Of a DNA stretch of 50,320 bases, positions 26,434 through 36,264 are shown piece by piece. Numbering within the stretch: the stretch's first letter is position 1; each line of letters opens with the position of its first letter. The DNA is from Candidatus Parcubacteria bacterium (GTDB lineage: Bacteria > Patescibacteriota > Minisyncoccia > Phycocordibacterales > JAACPR01). A program made the translations under genes and the position numbers. The stretch spans positions 1 to 50,320 of the forward strand of contig JAACPR010000004.1 in NCBI GenBank assembly GCA_009995365.1. The letters run 5' to 3'. Under the pieces are notes generated by a model. The model worked only from the letters and a program-made list of their open reading frames with translations, did not search any database and was not told where the DNA came from.

Positions 26434-29424
26434 ATGTTAAAACTTAAATTTGATCCAAATCAAGAATACCAAAAAATAGCAATTGACTCGATTGTGGATA
26501 TTTTTGATGGACAATCTCTAAGAAGATCAAAGTTTACCGCTAGTAAAAACAACCAAGGAATTTTTGGTGAAATAACTGAATTAGGTTACGGAAATAAACT
26601 AGATTTATCTGAATCAGATTTATTAAATAATGTAATTAAGATACAAGACAGAAATAAATTAAAGAGAAGTAAGAAGATAAACGATGAATTGTATGGAGTA
26701 CCAAACTTTGCCATTGAAATGGAAACTGGTACTGGAAAAACATATGTTTATACCAGAACTGTCTTTGAATTAAACAAAAAATATGGTTTTACAAAATTTG
26801 TAATTGTAGTCCCAAGCGTCGCTATTCGTGAAGGTGTTTATAAATCGCTACAAGTAACAGAAGATCATTTTAATAAATTATATCCGGGGCAAGGTTTCAA
26901 TTATTTTATCTATGATTCAAATAATTTAAATCAAGTGCAATCCTTTGCAACTAGTTCTGATATTGAAATAATGATTATTAACGTTGATGCTTTCAGAAAA
27001 AGTTTTGAAGATGAAAATAGTCAAAATAAAGCTAATATCATTCACAAACCAAATGATAAACTAAGTGGCAGAAAGCCCATTGAATTTATTCAACAGACCA
27101 ATCCTTTTATAATAATCGATGAACCTCAATCTGTAGATAATACTGATAAATCAAAAGAAGCGATTAAATCACTTAATCCTTTGGCTATTTTTAGATATTC
27201 TGCAACTCATAGAGATGCATATAATTTAATGTATAGACTGGGGCCTGTTGAAGCTTATGAAAATAAATTAGTTAAAGCAATCGAGGTTGTCGGTATAGAA
27301 AATGAAAATAATCTTAAACTTATCTCAGTTAGAAATAATAATGGTTCATATACAGCCAAAGTTGAATTAAAGAAAATAAATGAAAAAGGTGTCGAAGTTT
27401 CAAAACAAGAAACGGTTAATTCCGGAAGAAAGAATAATCTATTTGAAATTTCAAATCAAAATGCAAAATACGAAGGAATGGTTGTTTCGAATATAAGTGC
27501 GATTCCGGGCAATGAATATATTGAATTTGAAAATGGGGAAATTTTAAAACTTTCAGATGATTCAACTGATTTAGATCACAAAAGATTTCAAATTAGATCA
27601 ACTATTGAGACACACCTAGATAAAGAAATGTATTTATTGAAGAAAAATATCAAAGTCATTTCTTTGTTCTTTTTGGATAAGGTACATAATTATAGGGAAT
27701 ATATTGAAAATGATAATGGTGAAAAGATTGTCGAAAAAGGTCAGTACGCAAAAATCTTTGAGGAAGAATATTTAAAATTAATTAAATCTCCAAAATACAA
27801 AACTCTTTTTGATGATCAGAATCTAAGAGATTTCATGTTAAATGAGAACGTTGATGAAATACACGACGGATATTTTTCTCAAGATAAAAAAGGTGTTTTA
27901 AAAGATTCGAAAGAAAAAACCACTAAAGCCGACGAAGATACTTTTGAATTGATTATGAAAGATAAAGAAAGATTATTGAGTTTTGATACTAAATTAAGAT
28001 TTATTTTCTCTCACTCAGCCCTGAAGGAAGGTTGGGACAACCCAAATGTCTTTCAAATCTGTACTTTAATCGAATCACAAGATACGCTAACTAAAAGACA
28101 AAAAATAGGTCGTGGGTTAAGACTACCTGTTGATCAAGAGGGTGAGCGAATACAAGATGAAATTATAAATATTTTGACAGTTTTTGCTAATGAAAGTTAT
28201 GAATCTTTTGCTGAAAACCTTCAGAAGGAAATTGAATCTGAAACTAATACAAAATTCGGCGTTATTGATGAAAGATTATTTGAAAATATTTTGAATAAAA
28301 AAGATGAAAACCATATTGAAGAAATTGGTTATGATACTTCAAAACAAATTCATGATTATTTAGTGGAAAATGGTTATCTTGATCCTAATGAAAAAGCATC
28401 TAACAAATTGAAAGAAGAATTAGTTGAAGAGACATTTAAAATGCCGGAAGAGTTTTCAGATATTGAAAAAGATGTCATTGATCTGATTAAATCTAGAATA
28501 AAAAGGCTACCAATATTTAAAAAATCTGAAGAAAAGAAAACTTTGAATAAAGAAGTATTATTAAGTGAAGACTTTAAACAACTGTGGGATAAAGTTAAAT
28601 ATAAAACTGTGTTTAAATTAGATTTTAATGTCGATGATTTTGTTGATAATGTAGTAAAAGAAATAAAACTTAATTTAGGAAAGATCGAAGTGAGCCCTAT
28701 AATTGCGAAGTATGTAAACTTAAGAATACAACAAGAAGGAGTTACAACTACTGATCCAAATAAAGTTCGAAAATATGCAAAAGAAAACTATAAAGAAAAA
28801 GAATTACCTAATGTAGTGGAGTTTATTGAAAAATATACAAGATTGAAAAAAGAAACTATTGTAAAAATCTTGAAAGATTGTGGTCGTCTAGATGATTTCT
28901 ATGTTAACCCTCAAACTTTCATGACTAGAGTAGTTGATGTTATCAATCAACAAAAAAGATTAATTATGACTCATGGAAAAGGAGTTAAATATGAAAAAAT
29001 TGGAGAACATGAATTTTACTCTCAAGACCTATTTGAAGACGATGAACTAATTGGGTATATAACATCTAATGCAATTCCTGTAGATAAAAGTGTTTATTCC
29101 CATATTATTTATGATTCTGAAGTAGAGAAAACTTTTGCAAATAAAATGAATGAAGATAGAGATGTAAAATTATTCGTTAAGTTACCTAATTGGTTTAAAA
29201 TAGATACTCCTCTCGGGTCATATAACCCTGACTGGGCAGTCGTTTTTGATAAAAACGGAGAAGAAAGACTATATTTTGTTTTAGAAACTAAAGGAAGTAT
29301 TTTGTCTGAAAACTTGAGATTTGTTGAAGATGTAAAAATTGAATGTGGTAGGAAACACTTCGAGGCTATTGATACTGGAATAAAATTTGAAAAAGCTGAT
29401 GATTATGATGAGTGGAAAAATTAA
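26434..29424 (+). CDS. type III restriction Res-like helicase-nuclease
   Basis: Motif I EMETGTGKT, motif II IIIDEPQS, SF2 motif VI QKIGRGLRL, and a C-terminal PD-(D/E)xK core YNPDWAVVF...YFVLETKG. Confidence 0.85.
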   Translation: MLKLKFDPNQEYQKIAIDSIVDIFDGQSLRRSKFTASKNNQGIFGEITELGYGNKLDLSESDLLNNVIKIQDRNKLKRSKKINDELYGVPNFAIEMETGTGKTYVYTRTVFELNKKYGFTKFVIVVPSVAIREGVYKSLQVTEDHFNKLYPGQGFNYFIYDSNNLNQVQSFATSSDIEIMIINVDAFRKSFEDENSQNKANIIHKPNDKLSGRKPIEFIQQTNPFIIIDEPQSVDNTDKSKEAIKSLNPLAIFRYSATHRDAYNLMYRLGPVEAYENKLVKAIEVVGIENENNLKLISVRNNNGSYTAKVELKKINEKGVEVSKQETVNSGRKNNLFEISNQNAKYEGMVVSNISAIPGNEYIEFENGEILKLSDDSTDLDHKRFQIRSTIETHLDKEMYLLKKNIKVISLFFLDKVHNYREYIENDNGEKIVEKGQYAKIFEEEYLKLIKSPKYKTLFDDQNLRDFMLNENVDEIHDGYFSQDKKGVLKDSKEKTTKADEDTFELIMKDKERLLSFDTKLRFIFSHSALKEGWDNPNVFQICTLIESQDTLTKRQKIGRGLRLPVDQEGERIQDEIINILTVFANESYESFAENLQKEIESETNTKFGVIDERLFENILNKKDENHIEEIGYDTSKQIHDYLVENGYLDPNEKASNKLKEELVEETFKMPEEFSDIEKDVIDLIKSRIKRLPIFKKSEEKKTLNKEVLLSEDFKQLWDKVKYKTVFKLDFNVDDFVDNVVKEIKLNLGKIEVSPIIAKYVNLRIQQEGVTTTDPNKVRKYAKENYKEKELPNVVEFIEKYTRLKKETIVKILKDCGRLDDFYVNPQTFMTRVVDVINQQKRLIMTHGKGVKYEKIGEHEFYSQDLFEDDELIGYITSNAIPVDKSVYSHIIYDSEVEKTFANKMNEDRDVKLFVKLPNWFKIDTPLGSYNPDWAVVFDKNGEERLYFVLETKGSILSENLRFVEDVKIECGRKHFEAIDTGIKFEKADDYDEWKN

Positions 29425-29460
29425 TAAACCAATCAATTAAAAAAGAAAAAGTTATAAAAT

Positions 29461-29790
29461 ATGCTTGGTAAATACGGTTTAAAAACAGAAGATTTGGAAA
29501 GAGTAAGACTAAGAGATGAGACTTGTGTTTATTGTCACAAGAAAATGATTTACCCGTATAATCCTAATAATAGACAGGATTCAGCAACTATAGAACATCT
29601 AAATCATTTACCACCATGGGATAATCCAAAAACCATCGCATATTGTTGTGGTAGTTGTAATTCAAGTCGAGGTCCTAAGAAAATAAGAGATTGGTTTAAG
29701 ACCAAATATTGCATGGAAAAAAATATCAACATTAACACTGTGGCCAAGCCAGTGAAGGAATATGTTTTAAATATTGAAGATAAATTATAA
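29461..29790 (+). CDS. HNH endonuclease
   Basis: CVYCHKKM...ATIEHLNH...CCGSCNSSRG (Cys4 plus the HNH His/Asn pattern). Confidence 0.75.
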   Translation: MLGKYGLKTEDLERVRLRDETCVYCHKKMIYPYNPNNRQDSATIEHLNHLPPWDNPKTIAYCCGSCNSSRGPKKIRDWFKTKYCMEKNININTVAKPVKEYVLNIEDKL

Positions 29791-29801
29791 ATCAATAAGC
29801 T

Positions 29802-30413
29802 TTATTCCTCTTCCATTTTTCTTCGTCTCTCATCAAGAGTTTCTCCTTCATAAATCCAGTATAGTGGTCCTTGAACTGGCCATTCTACATCAAGTATTTT
29901 TTGAGCCGCACCAGACAAACTCATTAATTCATTTTCGAACATAACCATTTTGTTATCTGCTACCGTAGATTTTATTTCTGGGTCATGTGCAAAAGATAAT
30001 TCTGCACCTACAGGAACATTAACCATTTTAAAGTTAAAGGCAGATCTTCTTGTTCGGGCTTCATTCAAAGCTTTTTGATCTTCTTGATTTTCTACGAAAT
30101 CTTGCTTAGGAGTTACATTTTCAATTTCAACAAGTTTTATAATGGCAACTGCTTGTTCTGGTGATATTTGAAAAAATTCTCGACTTGATCTAACTCTTTT
30201 ATCAAGGAAAGCTTCAAATATCTGTCTTTCAACAAATTTTGAATCTTGTACAGTCGCTGCATAAAATACTTCAAATGGAAGAGGAACGCTGGTTGTGTCT
30301 AATGATCTAATTCTTTGTTCTAAGTTAGTAGTTATTCCAACTTTGACATATCCGGGCATCGCCTCGTTGATTAATACATATATTATTTCATTCATTATAA
30401 AATAATATAGCAA
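29802..30413 (-). CDS. GIY-YIG-like (T5orf172 / MUG113) domain protein
   Basis: IIYVLINEAMPGYVKVGITTNLEQRIRSL...EFF fits the T5orf172 pattern. The C-terminal W..GPLYW.YEGETL resembles DUF4357. The true start may be Met at 30395. Confidence 0.6.
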   Translation of the reverse strand: MLYYFIMNEIIYVLINEAMPGYVKVGITTNLEQRIRSLDTTSVPLPFEVFYAATVQDSKFVERQIFEAFLDKRVRSSREFFQISPEQAVAIIKLVEIENVTPKQDFVENQEDQKALNEARTRRSAFNFKMVNVPVGAELSFAHDPEIKSTVADNKMVMFENELMSLSGAAQKILDVEWPVQGPLYWIYEGETLDERRRKMEEE

Positions 30414-30425
30414 TAAAATAAGCGT

Positions 30426-31868
30426 TTAACAATCGTCTTTAATCAGTTTATTGTAATCATTAATAATACTAAAGGGACTACTTTTTTGGTGTACATCAAA
30501 ATAAAAAGCATCAGGGTTCATTTCAATTTCATACTGCAATTTTTTATTTATATAAATTTTGTTATATAAACCATCGATAAATCTTGCAAATTTCATATTT
30601 ATTGAGATGACTTGGTTATAATAATCATTTTCATATTCTTCAAATTTTTTATTCACATTAATATCAAAAATATCAGAAATCTTTTTAGATAATTCTCTAA
30701 AACCTTGGAGTGTTTTGTAACACTTAATAGGCATGATGTCGTTTTGTATGAATCTGAATATGCCCGTTATAGGCAGAATATAATTTATCTGTTCTTTATA
30801 ATCTGAAACAAAATCCTCATCTAGTTTTGAGTAATATAAACTTGAACCCGTAATATTATTTCCGTTTTTTATTAAATCACCCGAATCAAATAGTTCATTA
30901 AGTTGTTTTCTGGTTTTTTCAAGATGTTCTAACCAAATAAAGAACAGTTCTTTGTGTTTTCTTTTTGTAGATTTAGACCAAGTTTCATAACTTTCGCTTT
31001 TAAATAGTAATGTATATTCTTCTTTAAAAAGTCCTTTATCTAACCAATCAAAAATAATTTCTCTGACTAATGATTTTACAGAAACCTTTTTGTCTTTTGC
31101 ACACTTCTTTATATCTCTAACTATATTATTCCAGTAACCTTCATCTTCTTTGTTATATTTAATATCAAGATAATCTGCACAATGGCAAACTACGGCTTCA
31201 GTAGTAAATTCAGAAAAGAAACCGTACCTAACGAAAGTTAATTCTCCATTTGTGCCCACTGTTTTAATTCGTTGATATATTTTCTCAAACAGAATGTCTT
31301 TTTGTTTTTCAGATAAGACATCGGAATCTTTATATAATTCATATAATAAAATATGATCGTCTAAATATTGACTGTCATGTTTAATGTACTCATCAAGAAG
31401 TAATAAGTCATCTTGGACTTCTTTTGGTAAGGACAGAAAAGTCTTTTGCTGTAAAATCTTTGAATATGAAAGATAGGTGTTATCTAATAAATAGTTTAAA
31501 TTTTCAGTTCTGTTTTCTTCTGTGCTGTCTAATCCTAATCTAATTAAATCTTTAGATGCTAATTTATTTTCTTTTACATAATCAATTAGACCATGAATAC
31601 GCAAAAGACGGTTTTCTGATTGTAAATAGAACATTTTTGCGTCCAAATTCATAGTCGTTCTCAATTTAGCAATACGAATATATTTATTATATTGATTAAT
31701 CTCAGCACTATGTTTAGGTATCCAGTTTTCAGTTATTGCAATCAAATCAGCATCTGGCAATAAGTTTTTACCAGTTTCTTCGTAATGTATCGTATTTTCA
31801 ATCAAAACCTTTACTCTCTCATAAGGTGTTATTTTCGATCTTCTTAATATGTTTGTTATATCTTTCAT
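30426..31868 (-). CDS. hypothetical protein (480 aa)
   Basis: A long uninterrupted ORF in an operon-like minus-strand block. No motif recognised. Confidence 0.5.
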   Translation of the reverse strand: MKDITNILRRSKITPYERVKVLIENTIHYEETGKNLLPDADLIAITENWIPKHSAEINQYNKYIRIAKLRTTMNLDAKMFYLQSENRLLRIHGLIDYVKENKLASKDLIRLGLDSTEENRTENLNYLLDNTYLSYSKILQQKTFLSLPKEVQDDLLLLDEYIKHDSQYLDDHILLYELYKDSDVLSEKQKDILFEKIYQRIKTVGTNGELTFVRYGFFSEFTTEAVVCHCADYLDIKYNKEDEGYWNNIVRDIKKCAKDKKVSVKSLVREIIFDWLDKGLFKEEYTLLFKSESYETWSKSTKRKHKELFFIWLEHLEKTRKQLNELFDSGDLIKNGNNITGSSLYYSKLDEDFVSDYKEQINYILPITGIFRFIQNDIMPIKCYKTLQGFRELSKKISDIFDINVNKKFEEYENDYYNQVISINMKFARFIDGLYNKIYINKKLQYEIEMNPDAFYFDVHQKSSPFSIINDYNKLIKDDC

Positions 31869-32062
31869 TATCTTTTGTTTAATAAAACTTGTTCGATTAA
31901 TTCAATTCGTTTTTTCAGATCAATATTCACAATATTTTTTGAAAGGGCAGAGGTGATTTTAACAATCATATTGGCTTGTCTGTGAGAAATTTCCTTATCG
32001 ATTACTTTTTGTAAAGTGTCGGAAAGAATTATATTTATTTGATCTATATTTGTTTGCTTCAT
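31868..32062 (-). CDS. small hypothetical protein
   Basis: An ORF with a 1-nt overlap to the next gene. No motif recognised. Confidence 0.35.
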   Translation of the reverse strand: MKQTNIDQINIILSDTLQKVIDKEISHRQANMIVKITSALSKNIVNIDLKKRIELIEQVLLNKR

Positions 32063-32064
32063 AA

Positions 32065-32439
32065 TTAGTCGTGTTCAATTAATTCATACCAAGCTCGTAC
32101 TTCATGAGCTCTACCATTTTTAGTAATGTTTTTATAAAGGGCAAAGACAACATTCGGAGTTAATTTACGAGCCCAACTATTAATACTTTTACTTAATCCA
32201 TCTTTTTGGATCCTTTTATTCCAATCAGTTAATGTTCCGGTGTCGATGTTATATTTTTTGCCAAAATCAGCCTGGGTTTTTATTTCTAATAAATCGAAAA
32301 TAATTTCTTCATCTATACCGAACTTTTCTAAACTAACCCTTGGTTGTCCTTTCAAAAAAGTAGGCAAAGATTTCCAAAGAATATACGTGTCATACGTTTG
32401 GGCTTTATATGGTTCTTTTGAAAAATCATCTACTTTCAT
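32065..32439 (-). CDS. HTH-like small protein (phage-like)
   Basis: TQADFGKKYNIDTGTLTDWNKR looks like an HTH. It occupies the same position relative to the ParB-MTase module as ORF 9109-9522. Confidence 0.4.
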   Translation of the reverse strand: MKVDDFSKEPYKAQTYDTYILWKSLPTFLKGQPRVSLEKFGIDEEIIFDLLEIKTQADFGKKYNIDTGTLTDWNKRIQKDGLSKSINSWARKLTPNVVFALYKNITKNGRAHEVRAWYELIEHD

Positions 32440-32440
32440 T

Positions 32441-33235
32441 TTAAATTTTTATTGCTTTTGAATTAGTAAGTTTCTCTAATCTTTTAACTATTGTTAAAAA
32501 ATATTTTTCATCTATCTCAATCCCAATACACTTTCGACCTAAGTGTTCACAAGCAAGAGCGGTAGAACCACTTCCAAGAAATGGATCATATACAACATCA
32601 CCAATTTTTGTATTGTCAGGAATTATTCGTCTTAATAATCCAATAGGTTTTTGGGTTGGATGAAGTTTAGATCGTTGAGGGCGTGGATAATAGATGACAT
32701 TTTTAGATTTAGACCTTTCCATTTTGTGCTTTCCAAACCAGCCATAAGCAATAAGCTCATATTGTGATAAATAATCTTTTCTACTCATAACTGGTTGATT
32801 TTTTAACCAAATCAGCATTTGTCCATAACGAAAACCAAGTTTTTGCAAACCACTTCGTAGTGATGGAAACATTGAGTCGCCATTAAAAATATAATAGGCG
32901 TTATGTGTTTCAAGATAGGGAATTACAGGCTCAAGATATTTTTGAGTAAATATCTCATATTCTGATTCTGTTTGGATATGGTCATTCAAAATTATCTTAT
33001 CTTCACTTGATGATAATTTAGCAAAATCCTTTTTATTCTCTACGTATGCAACGCCAAAAGGTGGGTCGGATAGAATTATTTTAATTTTTGCTTTACCAAT
33101 TACTTTTGAGACAAATTCTTGATTAAGTGAATCACCGTAACCAACAATATGATGTCCAATTTTATATATTTCTCCTTTATTTATTTTCATATATTTTTTG
33201 TGCTTTAAGTCCAGTAAATTTTTCCCATCGCTCAA
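32441..33235 (-). CDS. N6/N4 DNA methyltransferase
   Basis: Motif IV ILSDPPFGVAY precedes motif I VYDPFLGSGSTALACEHLGRKCIGIEID. The start may instead be Met at 33190. Confidence 0.85.
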   Translation of the reverse strand: MSDGKNLLDLKHKKYMKINKGEIYKIGHHIVGYGDSLNQEFVSKVIGKAKIKIILSDPPFGVAYVENKKDFAKLSSSEDKIILNDHIQTESEYEIFTQKYLEPVIPYLETHNAYYIFNGDSMFPSLRSGLQKLGFRYGQMLIWLKNQPVMSRKDYLSQYELIAYGWFGKHKMERSKSKNVIYYPRPQRSKLHPTQKPIGLLRRIIPDNTKIGDVVYDPFLGSGSTALACEHLGRKCIGIEIDEKYFLTIVKRLEKLTNSKAIKI

Positions 33236-34448
33236 TCACTATAGTTGCGAAAACGGGATCTTTCTCAACTCCTCTCCATACGCGATTCAATTCTTCACAG
33301 GCAATCAGGTCAGAACCACCTCCCGCAAAACCAGAGAAAATAATATGTCCGGGTGCAGAGCATCTTTTGAAGGGCTTTTCATTTAATGAAACTGGCTTTT
33401 GAGTAGGGTGTAGATAGTTTTGTGTGTTGTCTCTTTTGACTAACCACAAATCAATCATGTCTTGGATTTCGTCTAATACTTGATTGCCAGATGTTACTTC
33501 TTGATTAAGAATTTCATTAGCATTTCTAAAATTTTGATTTAAGTATGGCTTATTTAGAGTTCCATAGGTACAGGGATCGTATACACGATTCCATGCGACC
33601 TTTGGAGTACAATTCTGATTCGATTTTACCCAGAAGCAGACACGTCTTTTTTTAATTACGTGCTTGTCGAATAGTGATTGTGTTAATCCTATTGAATTTG
33701 GGTCTGACCAGTAAAAGAAATGCGAATCTGGTTTGGCAAATTTCTTAGCTGTTTCGATACTTTTATCGATGAATTCTTGATATTCTTTTTCACTTTTATT
33801 ATCTTTATATTCGCCACCATATTTTCCTCCATAATTCCACGAAATATTGAACGGCGGATCCTGAAAAATTACATGTGCTAGTTCGTCATTCATCAACGTT
33901 TTGACTTGTTTTTCATCAGTAGAATCTCCGACCAATAACTTATGTTGTCCTAACTGATATATTTCTCCTGATTTCACTTTAGCAACAGGGGTTTCCTTGA
34001 TGGCTTTTCCTAAATCAAAATTATCCTCAGTTAATTCAATGTCATCAAAGAAATTTTGTAATTCTTCATCTCCAAAACCAACATCAAGAAGCATATCCAT
34101 ATCGAACTCTTTAAGTAATTCTTCACTCCACGAACCAACATTTTTATTCAATCTTAAACATAGTCTTTTTTCTTCATCTAGACTTAATTCTCGAGAAGGA
34201 ATCATACAGTCAACTGTTTTAAATCCTTTTCTTTTATAAATGTTGTATCTTTTTTCTCCACCAATTATAGTTTTATCTCTTGATCCAATATTTAGAACGA
34301 TTGGAACAACTGATCCAAATATACTGATTGAATTATCTAAATCCTGGTCATCTTTTTCATACATTTTATTTGGATTGTATTCATTTGGAATTAAATCCTT
34401 AATATTACATTTAACGTGCGTCCATTTAATTTTTTGTTTATTTTTCAT
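33177..34448 (-). CDS. ParB-like nuclease domain fused to a DNA methyltransferase (paralog of 9509-10783)
   Basis: IIGGEKRYNIYK is ParB-like. Motif IV is IFQDPPFNISW and motif I is IFSGFAGGGSDLIAC. It shares YGTLNKPYL and RRVC.W.K with the other copy. Confidence 0.8.
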   Translation of the reverse strand: MKNKQKIKWTHVKCNIKDLIPNEYNPNKMYEKDDQDLDNSISIFGSVVPIVLNIGSRDKTIIGGEKRYNIYKRKGFKTVDCMIPSRELSLDEEKRLCLRLNKNVGSWSEELLKEFDMDMLLDVGFGDEELQNFFDDIELTEDNFDLGKAIKETPVAKVKSGEIYQLGQHKLLVGDSTDEKQVKTLMNDELAHVIFQDPPFNISWNYGGKYGGEYKDNKSEKEYQEFIDKSIETAKKFAKPDSHFFYWSDPNSIGLTQSLFDKHVIKKRRVCFWVKSNQNCTPKVAWNRVYDPCTYGTLNKPYLNQNFRNANEILNQEVTSGNQVLDEIQDMIDLWLVKRDNTQNYLHPTQKPVSLNEKPFKRCSAPGHIIFSGFAGGGSDLIACEELNRVWRGVEKDPVFATIVIERWEKFTGLKAQKIYENK

Positions 34449-34490
34449 ATTTTTTCAGAAGTGGGTCTTATTAAGCACTTCTAACCTTAT

Positions 34491-34623
34491 TAGTCATTGA
34501 ATGACAAAATGACAATTTCCTTTAAATACAAAAATATCAAATGACAATAATACATTGAAAACAAAAGGCTTTTTACAAAATTCTGTAAAAAGCCTTTAAA
34601 ATTGTCATTCTATATCAAATGAC
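34491..34623. repeat. cluster of ATGACAA / TTGTCAT motifs (candidate operator array)
   Basis: ATGACAA occurs at 34501, 34509 and 34541. The inverted TTGTCAT is at 34602-34608. A near-palindrome GTCATTGAATGAC is at 34493-34505. ATGAC occurs again at 34619. Confidence 0.5.
34564..34597 (-). terminator. rho-independent terminator after ORF 34623-35132
   Basis: AAAGGCTTTTTA / TAAAAAGCCTTT is a 12-bp stem with a 10-nt loop. On the minus strand it is followed by TTGTTTT. Confidence 0.65.
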
Positions 34624-35132
34624 TATCCTTCTGGTTTTATGGTAAACAAGGGTCTGTAGCCGTATCTTTTTGTGTAATGGGGGATAGGGGATGTTTTCAT
34701 TCCAAAGAATTTTTTTAATGTCTCATTCAATTCATACTTCACGTTCCTTCCGAACCTTTTATCCCATTTAGCATTAGTCAAAGCCCCTTCACTTCCTGCG
34801 ATTGCTTGGAGTAGTACCCATTTCATATTTGGCCCCCTTGTCTTACCGTTAAAAAACCCCATATCTTTGAAGTCGAACTTTTTTGTTTTCATATTAGGGT
34901 ATTTGACCTTAACAAAGTGACCATCTAAAAATTTAATATATAAAGATTCCCAAGTCGCATTTGGAGGCAGAATGTAGGATGCAGTATTGTATTGAGCTTT
35001 TTTATTGTTAGATGCCTCCTGATTAATGACTTCAACTTTCTGTATTCTATCCTGAGGCTTTATGATAAAATCTCCTATATCTAAATTAGAATTTTTACTC
35101 CTTTGAGTCTTTAATTGATTTATTTCTTCCAT
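34623..35132 (-). CDS. hypothetical protein (169 aa)
   Basis: An ORF followed by a terminator. No motif recognised. Confidence 0.45.
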   Translation of the reverse strand: MEEINQLKTQRSKNSNLDIGDFIIKPQDRIQKVEVINQEASNNKKAQYNTASYILPPNATWESLYIKFLDGHFVKVKYPNMKTKKFDFKDMGFFNGKTRGPNMKWVLLQAIAGSEGALTNAKWDKRFGRNVKYELNETLKKFFGMKTSPIPHYTKRYGYRPLFTIKPEG

Positions 35133-35319
35133 TTTTTTTAAGTTGTGGCCTTATAGAATCAACTGTTGAATTAAATCTTTTAAGAGGTTCCCTATAAGTT
35201 TCAAAAGCTTTTTTATATGTTTCTATGGAATTGTCTATGTTATAAGCAAGCCCTTTCAAAAAATCGGGATTATATCCTTGTTCTATTGCTTGTTTGTATA
35301 CTAATTCTCCAACTGTCAT
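35095..35319 (-). CDS. small hypothetical protein (74 aa)
   Basis: An ORF overlapping the downstream gene by 38 nt. Confidence 0.3.
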   Translation of the reverse strand: MTVGELVYKQAIEQGYNPDFLKGLAYNIDNSIETYKKAFETYREPLKRFNSTVDSIRPQLKKNGRNKSIKDSKE

Positions 35320-35439
35320 ATTTCGTATTATATCAAAAAATTGGCATTTGAAAGGTAGTTTCTATTAAAATTATTATATTGAAATTAATATAACAGAAAA
35401 CTATTGTTATTGTTTAATATCTGTTAAAATTAAGACACC

Positions 35440-35940
35440 ATGAAAATAGAATTATATGCCAAAATAGATAAAATTGTAAGAAATCTTAATTTAGCAATTC
35501 TTACCATTTTTCTAATTATTGTTAATTTAAATATTTGGAATGTAGCTAATAATATGAATAGTTATATTTTTGATGATGTTATAAAGCAAGTTTTTGTTTG
35601 GATTGCCATAACAATAATCCTAATGATTGTTATGGATGTTGTTAGATTTTTATTATTTAATAATTCAGCCCATACAGAAAATAACAGCGATTTCAAAAAT
35701 AATCTAAAGTATTATTTCAATAACATTTTTATTAATAGCTATAAAAATAAAACATCTGCTACGCTAAAATCTATTAATATATTGTTAGTTTTGTGTTTTG
35801 TGTTAGTTAGCGTTTATGCTTTTTCAAATTCAAAAATATATGCATTGGAAAAGCAACATGAAATTGATATTATAAATGCACAGGTAGAAGCGCTTAAATA
35901 TCACAGAGAAGCATATGATTGTGTCCCTAAAATTGATTAA
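35440..35940 (+). CDS. membrane protein
   Basis: At least three hydrophobic helices (for example LAILTIFLIIVNL, VFVWIAITIILMIVM, INILLVLCFVLVSVYAF). Confidence 0.5.
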   Translation: MKIELYAKIDKIVRNLNLAILTIFLIIVNLNIWNVANNMNSYIFDDVIKQVFVWIAITIILMIVMDVVRFLLFNNSAHTENNSDFKNNLKYYFNNIFINSYKNKTSATLKSINILLVLCFVLVSVYAFSNSKIYALEKQHEIDIINAQVEALKYHREAYDCVPKID

Positions 35941-35948
35941 AAATAATT

Positions 35949-36260
35949 ATGAACAAGATCGAATTTAATGAAGAAAATGAATTTTATATAAAAACTCGTA
36001 GACATCTTGGTGAATACGAGAATTCAAAGATGGAGAAAATTTTACTTGATAAAGGGATAGTAAAAAATAGAAGACAAGCCACTTACTTTTTGATTGGGCT
36101 TGTCATTTTTTTAATTGCCGTAAATGCTTATGTGTACCTTTCTTTAATATATACACCAAAAGATGATTACGTCGTTGGTCCTGACGGAGAGAGATATTCT
36201 GTAGAAGAATATATGGAAGAATTAGGAAAGGGTAATAATATTTTAGATCCTGAAATATAA
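35949..36260 (+). CDS. single-pass membrane protein
   Basis: The TM helix is ATYFLIGLVIFLIAVNAYVYLSLIY. Confidence 0.45.
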   Translation: MNKIEFNEENEFYIKTRRHLGEYENSKMEKILLDKGIVKNRRQATYFLIGLVIFLIAVNAYVYLSLIYTPKDDYVVGPDGERYSVEEYMEELGKGNNILDPEI

Positions 36261-36264
36261 AATT

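Larger units (their letters stand above)
18730..35319. mobile_element. putative integrated element or defence island (boundaries not defined)
   Basis: The span holds a serine recombinase at one edge, an R-M-like operon, HNH and GIY-YIG-like nucleases, and a phage-like minus-strand block with ParB-MTases. I found no att repeats. Confidence 0.3.
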
